IMG/VR virus record: IMGVR_UViG_3300032278_002689
Coordinates: 1 to 59,083 of that record
Reading direction: 5' to 3' (one strand)
Length of the DNA stretch: 59,083 bases
Source of the DNA: a virus
Lineage: Duplodnaviria; Caudoviricetes
Position numbers and translations under genes: made by a program. Below are positions 38,422 to 48,587 of this stretch, in pieces. Numbering within the stretch: position 1 is the first letter of the stretch; each line of letters starts with the position of its first letter. A model generated the notes under the pieces. That model had not been told where the DNA came from, did no database searches, and was given only the letters and a program-made list of their open reading frames with translations.

Positions 38422-39554
38422 GACATATTATTTTGAAATAATTTTTTAATTGTTAAATCTGTATACCAATTACTTTCTTTTTGAGAAACTACTTCATAAT
38501 TTAATTCATCTATTGTATGTCTATTAAACATTTCATCAATATTTTTTGAAGTTTTTGTTATACACATTCCACATCCACAAAATGTTTTCGGGCATGTAAT
38601 CATTGGAACTTTTTTTTGATATAAACTATCAGCAAGATCATCTATAATTTTATCAAATTCTGATATTTTTCCTAGTGGTGCAACTTCTCCATTTAAATTG
38701 ACTGCACAAGTTTGATGAGTATAAACCGCATCGAGTTCAGAATTTAAAAAGAGAAAGTACCAATTAACCATACAATTCCAACCCAAAAAATTAGTAGAAG
38801 GCAAAAAATAAGAGTCCACACCGTCCGCTTTGAAGCACCTCCCCCCACAACATGGTCTTCCAAGTCCTTGTTGTGTATTTCCTGTTTCTGTGACATTTTG
38901 TCCTTTCTGTTTCCAATAAGTACGAAACCATTTCATTTGGTCTTTATCATACTTATGTGTATAACCCAATTCTATAGACTTTTTGTCGTCAGGATGGTCA
39001 TCTCCTATAATTCTCGGTACATATTCTACACTATTTTTTTCCAATGTTTCACAAACATCTACACATTCCCAAAAATAATCTTTATGAAACATTACATTAA
39101 CTTTATATTTTTCTCTTAAATATATTGCATTTGATATAACTTGTTCTTTTTGTTTTTTTGTTGCTTCACAATGATAAGATATTGTCCCCCCAGTAGTCAA
39201 TGATAAAATTTTATCTAGAACATTACTACCAAACCACCCATTAGTTGTTAATCCTCTGCTAAAATCGGGATATTCTTTCTTTACATATTTTAAAAATCTA
39301 AAAAAATCAGGATGTACTGTGGGCTCGCCTCCTGTAAAACTCAATTTTTTAAGAGCTGGTTTCTTTCTAAATTGATCATACAATAATGCATATTCTACAA
39401 TTTTATCAACAGTTTTACACAATTTATCATACTTTAAAAATGAAGACCATTTGTTGTTTCTATGAGGGGGGCAATAAGAACACGCATATGAACATCTTCT
39501 TCCAAGATCCCATATTATTTGATAACGATTAGATTGATCTTCAATATTATACAT
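38418..39554 (-). CDS. Radical SAM protein (GRxC subfamily) with Cys-rich C-domain
   Basis: GRRCSYACSYC, TGGEPT, TTNG; PCCGG...C...C...CPKTFCGCGMC. Start at ATG 39554. Confidence 0.9.
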   Translation of the reverse strand: MYNIEDQSNRYQIIWDLGRRCSYACSYCPPHRNNKWSSFLKYDKLCKTVDKIVEYALLYDQFRKKPALKKLSFTGGEPTVHPDFFRFLKYVKKEYPDFSRGLTTNGWFGSNVLDKILSLTTGGTISYHCEATKKQKEQVISNAIYLREKYKVNVMFHKDYFWECVDVCETLEKNSVEYVPRIIGDDHPDDKKSIELGYTHKYDKDQMKWFRTYWKQKGQNVTETGNTQQGLGRPCCGGRCFKADGVDSYFLPSTNFLGWNCMVNWYFLFLNSELDAVYTHQTCAVNLNGEVAPLGKISEFDKIIDDLADSLYQKKVPMITCPKTFCGCGMCITKTSKNIDEMFNRHTIDELNYEVVSQKESNWYTDLTIKKLFQNNMS

Positions 39555-40299
39555 ATCTACCAAAAGCCCAGTATCGTTCCTCACACCACCAACACTTTTC
39601 ACAATGTTGTGTATGAGTTTTAGTAAGTTCAGCCGTTCCTTCACAACTATATGTACGAGGAAATAATGTATCAAGCACATCATATCGTTTATACAATTCT
39701 GCCAATTGTTTTTTATGTATATCAAAAAACGGATTAATATAAAAACGAAGACCGTTTTCTGTTTTTAAAGGTCTATCAGCATCATCATCTCTACTACGTT
39801 CTTTATTTTTTGATATTGTATTATCATCAGAAGGGGGGTTGCGAGTTATTCCAGAATATAATATTTGAAAGACGTAATCTCTAAAATTTTCATCATCTCT
39901 ATCCCAAAATTCTTTTATTTCTCGTTGATATTCATCATCAATAGGTGGATAATATATAATATGATCATTCATTTTAACATTCAATTCCTCTTCAATCCAA
40001 TCTATAACATTTCCTGCATATATTGGATTATTAGGTCTTCCTCTCCTAACAGATAAAGGTTGAATTTTTATATTTAAGTTTTCATCTTTAATTTTTTTAG
40101 CAAGTAAATATGCCAACATTGAACTGTCAGCCCCACCGGACATCCAAATACCTATGGTGTTTACGAACCTTTGTTCATAACATTCATCACCATAATGTCT
40201 AATATTACGCCAAATATCATCATTTTTAAATTTTGAATATAATTCTTCAATGTATATCTGTTTCAATCTACGTATTGTTTTAGGAATTTCAATTTGCAT
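39547..40299 (-). CDS. QueC-like PP-loop ATPase
   Basis: MSGGADSS PP-loop; TYSC...HCEKCWWCEER Zn-type cluster as in QueC. Start probably ATG 40299. Confidence 0.75.
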   Translation of the reverse strand: MQIEIPKTIRRLKQIYIEELYSKFKNDDIWRNIRHYGDECYEQRFVNTIGIWMSGGADSSMLAYLLAKKIKDENLNIKIQPLSVRRGRPNNPIYAGNVIDWIEEELNVKMNDHIIYYPPIDDEYQREIKEFWDRDDENFRDYVFQILYSGITRNPPSDDNTISKNKERSRDDDADRPLKTENGLRFYINPFFDIHKKQLAELYKRYDVLDTLFPRTYSCEGTAELTKTHTQHCEKCWWCEERYWAFGRYV

Positions 40300-41719
40300 A
40301 CCACTCCAACCATTCAAGATCAGGAAATATTTTTATAAAATCTAAGTTTCTTGTCTTTGCAATTGTAAAACACCATTCAGCAGTTTCAGGTAATCTCTCA
40401 GACCAATCTTCAGAATTCATAAAAGACACAAGTCCCTCAAGTCTTTTTATACCATACGGTAATTCTCTCCATTCTTTGAAGTCGATATTTTCGACCTCAA
40501 CACCATTACATTTTTTCCAATTCTCTTCAAGCCATGGATAAAACTCTTCAAATTTATCAGTTACATCTCGTTTAAACCATTTAGGTAATACCTTACAATT
40601 TAATTGAGGGGGCCAATATGCCAGATGTAAATCAATCATACCAGCACCAGCAGGAAATTTATTAAGCAATTTCCAATCTTCTTCTAATTTCCAACTTATA
40701 AATTCTGGTAAATAAAAAATATTAAGAGCAGTAATTGTAGTTGCTGTAGTTAGTCTAAGATTATCATGAGGATAATCATCTAACATATGCATCTGTTTTA
40801 CTATTCTTTTCCAACGAGAAGGATATCTAATAAAATTATTTTTTTCTTGATATGAATCTACACTAAAATGAAAAATAACATTCTTAAATTCAGACCAAAG
40901 ACCAAATAAATGAGATTCCCATTCAAGTCCATTCGAATTATATCTAAGTTCAATATCTTTTGCATAACCCATTTCAACAATACGTTCAAGCACCATATAA
41001 TGCTCCTTCATTATCAAAGATTCCCCACCAGCCCAATATAACTGTCTCAAAGTCGGTACTTGTGTCCAAAACTCATTCCAAAATGTAGGATTCGATTTAT
41101 GCCACGCATATGATCCACCAGATCGAGCTAATTTTCCAGTATCTTTTTCCCAAACTTGTGAGGCACGTAATCGTTCATTTTTTAATGTAGGAAATATTTC
41201 TTTATACTCTTTTACCCACTTAGATGAATCATGAGGACTACACATAACACATGCAAGCTGACACTTACTGCCAAGCCGAAGATCAATATACCGTACTTTA
41301 GGTGGAACGGCTCCTTCAACTGTGGTTTCTCCAATAATTTCCTCAAGTCCAATTTCGTTAACCCATTTTGCTGTTTCCCATTGTCGTTTTGATCTGTGTC
41401 CAGCATCTTCCTCCTTAAAGCATTTTAGACAAGATGCAGGACGATCACCTCTTAACATCATCCTTCGCACAGATTTCATATAATCATTATTCCATGCATC
41501 TAGTAAACTTGTTGTTGCTAAATTAGCAGGTTTTCCATCATCTCTTCGAAGAACACCTGCTTCTGGTATAGTTTTTATTGTTGAATCCTTATCCTGAACA
41601 GAAGAAGCATTTGCAGTACAACATACACGCATATGTCCATTTGGTCTTGTAGAAATATGCATCCAAGGTAGGGCACAAAATGTACAAGAGGGTAAATTTT
41701 CAGGATCTTTATCGATCAT
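40289..41719 (-). CDS. Radical SAM protein with N-terminal twitch-type Cys domain
   Basis: FCALPW...VCC...CLKC; CQLACVMC, AGGE, NSNG, SVD. Confidence 0.9.
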   Translation of the reverse strand: MIDKDPENLPSCTFCALPWMHISTRPNGHMRVCCTANASSVQDKDSTIKTIPEAGVLRRDDGKPANLATTSLLDAWNNDYMKSVRRMMLRGDRPASCLKCFKEEDAGHRSKRQWETAKWVNEIGLEEIIGETTVEGAVPPKVRYIDLRLGSKCQLACVMCSPHDSSKWVKEYKEIFPTLKNERLRASQVWEKDTGKLARSGGSYAWHKSNPTFWNEFWTQVPTLRQLYWAGGESLIMKEHYMVLERIVEMGYAKDIELRYNSNGLEWESHLFGLWSEFKNVIFHFSVDSYQEKNNFIRYPSRWKRIVKQMHMLDDYPHDNLRLTTATTITALNIFYLPEFISWKLEEDWKLLNKFPAGAGMIDLHLAYWPPQLNCKVLPKWFKRDVTDKFEEFYPWLEENWKKCNGVEVENIDFKEWRELPYGIKRLEGLVSFMNSEDWSERLPETAEWCFTIAKTRNLDFIKIFPDLEWLEWYAN

Positions 41720-42233
41720 AACAATCTTCTATATCTTTCCAAGTATTATCAACATAATTTACAATCACAGTTCGTCTAACGTTCATGTTAATCTTTTTAA
41801 CCGAATGTTTCCAACTAGTTTTATCATAAGTTTCTTTTAAATCAGGTTCAAAATAAAGGGCTCTGTTAGGAATAAAACGAACCCGTTTCAATTCATGGGG
41901 ATAATGAAAAGTTGTTCCATTATTTACTTGTCCTTCAAGATAAACCACCGTAACTTCTCTTTTCGCAGAATGATCAGAGTGTGGTTTTAACCAAAAACCA
42001 TTCACATCATTACCTATTTCTATTTTTCTCCTATAATCATTTTTATATGGAAATTTAGAAAGTATAAGATTAGCAAGTTCAGATTCTTGAGTCAAATATT
42101 GTCTGGCCTTACCATAAGAACATCTTTTTCCATCATAGTTTTCTGGAACTTGATTAATAGGAAATTCTCTAACCAAGTCTAATATTCTATTAAATACCAC
42201 AAGAGTATAAAAATCATCTATTATTTTATACAT
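41709..42233 (-). CDS. 2OG-Fe(II) oxygenase
   Basis: WLKPHSD...GTTF...PNRALYF...H...RRTVIVNY. Confidence 0.72.
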   Translation of the reverse strand: MYKIIDDFYTLVVFNRILDLVREFPINQVPENYDGKRCSYGKARQYLTQESELANLILSKFPYKNDYRRKIEIGNDVNGFWLKPHSDHSAKREVTVVYLEGQVNNGTTFHYPHELKRVRFIPNRALYFEPDLKETYDKTSWKHSVKKINMNVRRTVIVNYVDNTWKDIEDCYDR

Positions 42234-42820
42234 AAATCCTCAGGATATCCATTCGTATAATGTAATGCTTTTGCATTTTCAATATCTTCATATTCCCCCA
42301 CTAAAAAATTATATTCTAAAGGAATACTACCGACATTTTTTGTCCAATTAAATTGATGTAAATCTAAAGCAATTTCTTCATTGACAAATTTTATATCTAA
42401 TTTTTTACAATCAGGATGAGAGTTATTAAATAACATCAAAGAAGACCAATTTTTCTTATTATATTTTAGTTGTTTTAGGTTTCCCCATTTTACAATATGT
42501 TTAGGAACATAGTTGTGTTTACACACCAATACAGAATAAGAATCATCACAGAAGTTTTGTAACTCAAGAGGGGATACATTCCAATAAAAATCATCATCCA
42601 TGAATACAGACCAACCTTTAAAATCTGATAGATAAGGAACTAAAAATCTACATACAGAAAAATCTGTAGAATCTGTAGATAGTCTTTTTCGATACCATAT
42701 ATCATTAGAAAGTGTTGAGGAACCTATTTTGTAATAATCAATCTGATATTCAAATAAACTTTTTACACAATAATCAAAAACATATGATCTAGATGAATCA
42801 TAACCAACAAAAAATTTCAT
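42221..42820 (-). CDS. GT8-like glycosyltransferase
   Basis: FVGYD...STDFSVCRFLVPYL...FMDDD...KNWSSLMLFN...YNFLVGEY...LHYTNG. Confidence 0.8.
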   Translation of the reverse strand: MKFFVGYDSSRSYVFDYCVKSLFEYQIDYYKIGSSTLSNDIWYRKRLSTDSTDFSVCRFLVPYLSDFKGWSVFMDDDFYWNVSPLELQNFCDDSYSVLVCKHNYVPKHIVKWGNLKQLKYNKKNWSSLMLFNNSHPDCKKLDIKFVNEEIALDLHQFNWTKNVGSIPLEYNFLVGEYEDIENAKALHYTNGYPEDLCIK

Positions 42821-42822
42821 TT

Positions 42823-43464
42823 TTATTCATGTATAACAACTTCAATTTCTTTTTTTAATGTGGGAAATATAAAATCTTTATCAATATGATGTTCTCTTCT
42901 ATGCCTAGTAGGATCATCATATCCTATACCCATCAACAATAGAGTGGGCTCATCTAGTAATTCATTCAATTTATCAGAATCAAAACACTTACAACATCCT
43001 GTTGAATAGCCCAACATCGTAGAAGTAAGATTCGCATAACCAGCCGCAATACCTACTGCCATCATTCTATCATCATGATTGATTGTTTCATCAACCATAT
43101 CGTTTTTTTCTCTTTGATGAATATCTTCGGTATTCTCTGTAAACGCCAATAACAAATTACCTAAAACTTGAGAATTTGTTTTATATTCTTCGTTATCATG
43201 TTTTCCTGATTTAAATTCACCAGTATAATTATTATCTGCATGTATAGGACCAAATCCTTCCGTCAAATCATGAATTTTTTCAATCATCTTTCTATCAGTT
43301 ATTGCATGTACTTTATAATAAGGTAAATTTTGTTTACTGGGACATTGAGTCGCAGAAGTTAAAATTACATCAACATCTTCTTTTGGTATATCTTTTGATA
43401 AATCCCAATTTCGTTGACATTTTTGAGATTTATATATAGATTTTTTTAACATTTGTTGAAACAT
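42823..43464 (-). CDS. Nitroreductase-family (FMN-binding) protein
   Basis: QRNWD...IPKED...ATQCPSKQN...VGIAAG...LGYSTG...LMGIGY. Confidence 0.75.
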   Translation of the reverse strand: MFQQMLKKSIYKSQKCQRNWDLSKDIPKEDVDVILTSATQCPSKQNLPYYKVHAITDRKMIEKIHDLTEGFGPIHADNNYTGEFKSGKHDNEEYKTNSQVLGNLLLAFTENTEDIHQREKNDMVDETINHDDRMMAVGIAAGYANLTSTMLGYSTGCCKCFDSDKLNELLDEPTLLLMGIGYDDPTRHRREHHIDKDFIFPTLKKEIEVVIHE

Positions 43465-43506
43465 AATGGTTCCTCGATAATAGCTTGTTAATCACACTTT
43501 ATATTA

Positions 43507-43514
43507 TATTTATA
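43507..43514 (-). promoter_or_regulatory. Canonical T4 late promoter TATAAATA inside the enzyme cassette
   Basis: Exact TATAAATA at the edge of the only sizeable intergenic gap in the cassette (43465-43509), followed by RBS GAGGA and the nitroreductase ATG. Confidence 0.65.
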
Positions 43515-44838
43515 CTCTTACTAGGTCTTCTTTGATTATTTGATAATTTTTAAAATATTGATTAAAATCTTGTTTCCATATTATATCAGATTTTTTTCTA
43601 TAGATCAGCCATCTATTAAAATGATTATAACTTATTTTAGTATTTTTTATATAATTTACAATATAATCTAACCATTTTCTAGCATCATTGCCTTTTATCA
43701 AATCCATTTTAGATTTCGCTTTTTTTTCCATACGTTCAATCAATTTATAGGTTTTTCTTATATCTTCCATTGTTTCATCATAAAAATCATACATTATAAG
43801 AGAAGGATCCAAATATTGGGGGGTCTGCACAATGGAGGCATCAAAATTTAATCCCAATTCAAAAAAAGATTCAAACACATCATAAATATCGAACATTTGA
43901 TATATTGAAGTCGTACAACTCACATCAACATATGTAAAATTATTATAATCTCTAAATTCTTTAACATTTTGCTTTAACTTATCCCAGCTACCACCATGTC
44001 TAAAATAAGAATAAAATGTTTTTCCGGCATCTGCTGATATTATAATAGTAGATTTTCCAAAAAAAGATAAAACATCAGATAATTCCATAACACTAAAATC
44101 AGCATTAAAATTTGTATGAAATGAAAGATGTATATTTTTAGCATTAGGATGTTCTGCTAATTTTCTAAGTGTTGGAAAAAATTGTTTTTGATACAATACT
44201 TCTCCACCAGCAACATCCACATAAGCTAAATTAGGAAAATTCTCATTTAAATCTTCAACTATTTTTAAAGCCTCATCAGTAGTCAATGACATTTCATTTC
44301 TATCATTAGGACCATGTCTATGCTCTGTACCCAATAGCTGTCTTAAATCATATAACTCATCTTCTTTATCTGGAATATAATTTTTTAATTTTTTTGTCCA
44401 ACCCGATGAATATACTTTAGAACAATGCAAACATGAAAAATTACATGCAGTACTAAATCTAAATTCAACATGCCGTAATCCTTCAGAAGTGACAGAATGA
44501 TCTGTATTATCATAACAATCTAGTAATTTTTTACTTGCTATTTCTCTATCATATCCTACCTTATTCTTACAAAAATAATTATCTGTATCTAATACATAAT
44601 CAAATCTCATAGACTTTAAATCAGATTTTTCCATTTCTTCGCAAGTAGAACATCCTTGCGGCCATTGATCTTCATGTAATAGTTTTCTCATGCCTCTAAA
44701 ATTTTTGTGATTAAAAATTTTAGATGGTAATATTGTCTCATGAGCAAAAACTAACTGATCTGATTGTCTAGGACATGTTGATATAACACCATTTTTATAA
44801 TTTATTCCTCCAAGAGCATATAAACAATTTTTACTCAT
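43510..44838 (-). CDS. Radical SAM protein with N-terminal Cys domain
   Basis: CLYALGG...TCPRQ...CSTC; CNFSCLHC, AGGE, HTN. Confidence 0.88.
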   Translation of the reverse strand: MSKNCLYALGGINYKNGVISTCPRQSDQLVFAHETILPSKIFNHKNFRGMRKLLHEDQWPQGCSTCEEMEKSDLKSMRFDYVLDTDNYFCKNKVGYDREIASKKLLDCYDNTDHSVTSEGLRHVEFRFSTACNFSCLHCSKVYSSGWTKKLKNYIPDKEDELYDLRQLLGTEHRHGPNDRNEMSLTTDEALKIVEDLNENFPNLAYVDVAGGEVLYQKQFFPTLRKLAEHPNAKNIHLSFHTNFNADFSVMELSDVLSFFGKSTIIISADAGKTFYSYFRHGGSWDKLKQNVKEFRDYNNFTYVDVSCTTSIYQMFDIYDVFESFFELGLNFDASIVQTPQYLDPSLIMYDFYDETMEDIRKTYKLIERMEKKAKSKMDLIKGNDARKWLDYIVNYIKNTKISYNHFNRWLIYRKKSDIIWKQDFNQYFKNYQIIKEDLVRV

Positions 44839-45830
44839 ACTTCCACTCTTCTAATGTCCTGTGTGCAACAATGGGCTCCACCATCCCAAAAATATCTATG
44901 GCGATGATTCCACATAATAACATCTATTCCAAACTTTTCAATTTGTTTTATATTTTCTAAATTACGACCCACCGTAATAATTGTAGAAGGATTGACTGAA
45001 ATACAATTAACATCAAACCACGTCTCTTTAGCAAAACCCACCCACTCAGACAAATATTTCATTACATAATCCGAATAATATTGTTGTTTTCTTTGAACTA
45101 CGAATTCTTTGGGAAATTTTGCATTATCTTTAACTATTATCTTATCCCAATGACTCAATTCCTCTGGAATATACTCTTCCCTCCAAGTCAACAACAACCC
45201 CTCTCTTAATAATGCCAATTTACCATCTGCATGACCTCCTGCAGAAATCTCTATCCATTTTTTATCTGGAAATTTAGATTTCATCCATTTCAATCCTGTT
45301 TCGGTTCCTTTACCATTAGCAATATCTTTTTTAGCAGTTTGTGTATGCAGTAACATATCATTACACTTTAAAATATTCGCAGATTCAAAAAGAATTTCAT
45401 CTTCATACTTATCATATCGTTGTTGCATCTTAATCTTGTTTGTATGATCTTGAACTATTTCATAATCTTCTGTTTTGGTTATATTAGGAACAGGCATTTC
45501 TAGTAAATGATATCCATGAATATGATCTAATATATTTTCATAACACTCATGCTCTTTTATCCGAGAATGTACTGCTCCATATACTTTGACAATTACATCA
45601 TCATACACCCCTAAAATGTCTCTTGGCATTATTGGGTGATGAATATCTAAAGAAAATTCTGGTTGGGTGGGTCTGTGAACTGTTACATCTAGAGTTTCAA
45701 AAATATCATGTAAAGCATTTAAATCTTCATTAGTCTCTTCTATAACTCTATCTAAACCATTAATATTACAACTGCTATAAGAAGTTCCTACAATAACTTC
45801 TTCTAATTGATCCCATTCATTATAAATCAT
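44835..45830 (-). CDS. Amidinotransferase (glycine / inosamine-phosphate amidinotransferase family)
   Basis: YNEWDQLEEVIVG...MPRD...HADG...FDVN...GGAHCCTQDIRR (catalytic His and Cys). Confidence 0.85.
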   Translation of the reverse strand: MIYNEWDQLEEVIVGTSYSSCNINGLDRVIEETNEDLNALHDIFETLDVTVHRPTQPEFSLDIHHPIMPRDILGVYDDVIVKVYGAVHSRIKEHECYENILDHIHGYHLLEMPVPNITKTEDYEIVQDHTNKIKMQQRYDKYEDEILFESANILKCNDMLLHTQTAKKDIANGKGTETGLKWMKSKFPDKKWIEISAGGHADGKLALLREGLLLTWREEYIPEELSHWDKIIVKDNAKFPKEFVVQRKQQYYSDYVMKYLSEWVGFAKETWFDVNCISVNPSTIITVGRNLENIKQIEKFGIDVIMWNHRHRYFWDGGAHCCTQDIRRVEV

Positions 45831-46354
45831 TGCACTATATTATATTTGTTAATGAAATTTAATTTTACAGGATCTATTTGCCACATAATATTTTTACTTA
45901 ACATTTTTGAATTTTTAAAATTTTCATTTGAAATTTTCAAATCTTGTGTATATAAATTACTTCCTATATAATCTGGAAAACTGCATATACTATAAAAAAA
46001 TATACCATGGGGATTTAGAATTAAAGAAGAAATATTATAATTTACTTCAGCAAGAGCAATAGTTCGATTATAATGCCATTGCATTTCTTTATCAAATGCA
46101 TCATCAATTTTTTCTGGAAAATCCGACCATATCCAAGCATGATCGGACACCCCAATTCGATTTTTTATTTCTTTCTTTATCAGAGGCCTGTACGTAGAAA
46201 CATAAAATTTATATTCTTTTTCATTATTACATTCTTCAATAGAATAAAATTCTATACTATCACCTTTATTCCTCGTTCTAAGGTCATAGTCTATACCATA
46301 ATTACAATTATTTTTATGTAAAATACTATCTAAAATCATCCAACATCTTGCCAA
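45827..46354 (-). CDS. Hypothetical protein
   Basis: 175-aa ORF coupled to neighbours. Confidence 0.5.
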   Translation of the reverse strand: MARCWMILDSILHKNNCNYGIDYDLRTRNKGDSIEFYSIEECNNEKEYKFYVSTYRPLIKKEIKNRIGVSDHAWIWSDFPEKIDDAFDKEMQWHYNRTIALAEVNYNISSLILNPHGIFFYSICSFPDYIGSNLYTQDLKISNENFKNSKMLSKNIMWQIDPVKLNFINKYNIVQ

Positions 46355-46722
46355 TATTCAGTAGACCCATTAATTTTTTTAGCATTTCCTATTATACATG
46401 CGCCACTATGAATGGTCTTCGAAATATAATTTTTAAGTTCATTATCATCATTAATAAGTTTGTCATCATCTAATAAATTTAATTCTTCTTGAATTGTTTT
46501 TCTAAAAACATCTATATCTTCACTTGTCAATTTATCATATTCAGTAACAGATTGTGTACTTTCAGGAACAGTTCCTCCTCCCCCCCGCACACACTCTATG
46601 ACCAATTGTAATTGTAAAATTGTCATATCAGGCATTTGAACTTGTTCTTGTTTTATTAATTTTAATCCATATTTCAATATCGTATTAAAATCTTCAACCA
46701 ACACCTCATTAAGTTTTATCAT
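46336..46722 (-). CDS. Small helical hypothetical protein, paralog of 48588-48944
   Basis: FNTILKY...MP..TI..L...FR.T...L.DDD.LI.DD..L..Y.S...HSGA.IIG shared with the paralog. Confidence 0.65.
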   Translation of the reverse strand: MIKLNEVLVEDFNTILKYGLKLIKQEQVQMPDMTILQLQLVIECVRGGGGTVPESTQSVTEYDKLTSEDIDVFRKTIQEELNLLDDDKLINDDNELKNYISKTIHSGACIIGNAKKINGSTEYWQDVG

Positions 46723-47983
46723 CTATAAACCCAAAAGAATTATAAGAAGGTAATAAAATTCTATTAGCTAACGCCCAAACATCAACAATTCTGCTCATAT
46801 AAGATCGTCCAATACTTTTCATTATTTCTTTGTTATATTTAAGTTTTGGTTTCATTTTTTCAATTTTATCTTTTAACTCCTTATGTGGAGTATCTAAAAT
46901 TTTATCACATTGATTCATGATATGCTCCCATCTGTCTTTATAAGAAGGCAACGAATCAAAAGAATAATCAAACAACTCATCATACAATTGAAATCCATAA
47001 GACTTAAAATATTTATACCAATTTTGACATCCTATTGTAAGAAAAGGTTTCATATGTCCAACTGCTTTTGCAGTTTTTTCACTAATTGATCCACTACTAA
47101 CACAATAAGTTTCGTGTATTAATTCAATGTGAGATTGTAGCCATTCTAATGTCGGAAAAAAATAATGATAATCATTTTCTTGAATGTCTTCGGGCCAAAC
47201 AGTTGGAAGTTTAAGTATATCAGTAAAATATTTCTGTTTTCGAATATTAAAATCGTTTATAGGAAATTCAATATTATGATCTACAGGAATCGCAAATTCT
47301 TCTCCTACAATATGATTACCATCTTCAGCCCAATTCCATTGTTTTTTATTTTTTAATACAAAAGCATTAAATTCAGCATCAGTAAAAGAACCATCTTTTT
47401 TAATAGTATCAGTATTTTTAAAAGAATATGCAAACTCATGATGTTCTGCAAGTCTACCTAAGGTCATTACTCTATTAATTTTAGGATGATTAACAGGACA
47501 CACAATTTTATATTTTTTATAATAATCTAATTTCGCATGTTTTATATACGTATCACCAAAACATCCTTTCATTCCACTTTTTTCTGTATATTTTTTATCT
47601 CTCCATAACCAACGTTGCATAAAAATCCAAGGGAAAGAATATACGTTTATAGGAAAACGAGTCAAATTATGATAAGTACGACAAAACCTTTCATGTTTTT
47701 CATTTAATTTTAAATCTCCATTACAATAAAACGTTTTTGAAGCATTTTCAGGATGTATATTTTCATAAATTTCTTTTAACGTATCACTATGCTCCCATTT
47801 CACAGGATCATATATAAAAGTATAACGGTCTGTTTTTTTGTATAATTTTTTTATACAATCATTCCAAATTTCTGGAAACTTTCGTTTTTGTCCACCAAAA
47901 ATATAACTTCCAAGTGTTGCAAGAGAATCCTTGGATTGTACGATAGCAGTCAATTCATCCGGAGGCCTGGATTGTTTATCCAT
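46709..47983 (-). CDS. Putative GT-B (GT10-like) glycosyltransferase
   Basis: IHET...ISEKTAKA...KPFL..G...GFQLYDELFDYSFD; the SEK motif resembles GT10. Confidence 0.5.
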   Translation of the reverse strand: MDKQSRPPDELTAIVQSKDSLATLGSYIFGGQKRKFPEIWNDCIKKLYKKTDRYTFIYDPVKWEHSDTLKEIYENIHPENASKTFYCNGDLKLNEKHERFCRTYHNLTRFPINVYSFPWIFMQRWLWRDKKYTEKSGMKGCFGDTYIKHAKLDYYKKYKIVCPVNHPKINRVMTLGRLAEHHEFAYSFKNTDTIKKDGSFTDAEFNAFVLKNKKQWNWAEDGNHIVGEEFAIPVDHNIEFPINDFNIRKQKYFTDILKLPTVWPEDIQENDYHYFFPTLEWLQSHIELIHETYCVSSGSISEKTAKAVGHMKPFLTIGCQNWYKYFKSYGFQLYDELFDYSFDSLPSYKDRWEHIMNQCDKILDTPHKELKDKIEKMKPKLKYNKEIMKSIGRSYMSRIVDVWALANRILLPSYNSFGFIDDKT

Positions 47984-48584
47984 AACTATTTTTTATATCT
48001 AATCTTTCTCTCATTGAAATTTTACAGTCTTTATAATCTACATGATATGTAACAGACCACCTCTCTTTTAATGGATCTGTATATATTACACGATGCTGAG
48101 TTCCTTTAAATAAAACACATGAGTCAGAATTTTTCCAAACATCATCTTTAAAAATTTGAAATCCTGAATCAGAAACATATTCATAATATAATGTCAAAAT
48201 ACCATAATCTTTATGAGGACACAATCTATATATTTGATCACTTTCTCCTTCACTAGCATTACCATGAATATTCATTTTGATTTTAGGATAATGTGTTATT
48301 CTGAGAATTGCATCAAATTCCTGATCTGTATAATCTCTAACAATATCATCTAAGGAATCAAAAATATCAGCTTCAAAAGGATTGTAACCATATTTTCTTG
48401 AAAAATTGTAACTTTCTTTTGCGGCAAGTTCAACACCCAATCCCCTATATCCATGATTTCCTAAACCATCTATACGGTCTAATCCTGTATATTCAAATTG
48501 TTCTTTATCTGATCTAGCAAAAAACTTCTTTATTTTTTCTAAATCTAACAATTCCGATAATACCCATGAAACTTTCATTCCCAT
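47976..48584 (-). CDS. 2OG-Fe(II) oxygenase (IPNS-like, compact)
   Basis: LRITHYP...PHKDYGILTL...GFQI...HRV...RWS. Confidence 0.78.
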   Translation of the reverse strand: MGMKVSWVLSELLDLEKIKKFFARSDKEQFEYTGLDRIDGLGNHGYRGLGVELAAKESYNFSRKYGYNPFEADIFDSLDDIVRDYTDQEFDAILRITHYPKIKMNIHGNASEGESDQIYRLCPHKDYGILTLYYEYVSDSGFQIFKDDVWKNSDSCVLFKGTQHRVIYTDPLKERWSVTYHVDYKDCKISMRERLDIKNSYG

Positions 48585-48587
48585 AAG

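Noticed and set aside
33720-39554. Viperin or QueE assignment for the GRxC radical SAMs
   Set aside because: CxxxCxYC and GGEP are generic, and the extra Cys-rich C-termini do not fit either family; needs an HMM search.
39555-39725. Long N-terminal extensions in track ORFs (e.g. 38418..39725, 24740..25609, 28715..29512)
   Set aside because: They overlap upstream genes heavily; downstream ATGs coupled to the upstream stop are more plausible.
30265-44838. Classical RiPP cluster (SPASM enzymes plus precursor peptide)
   Set aside because: No short precursor ORF, PqqD/RRE domain, protease or exporter visible; a protein substrate remains possible.
46580-46586. C7 homopolymer as a phase-variation tract
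   Set aside because: Short, explained by Arg-Gly-Gly codons, and the frame is intact.
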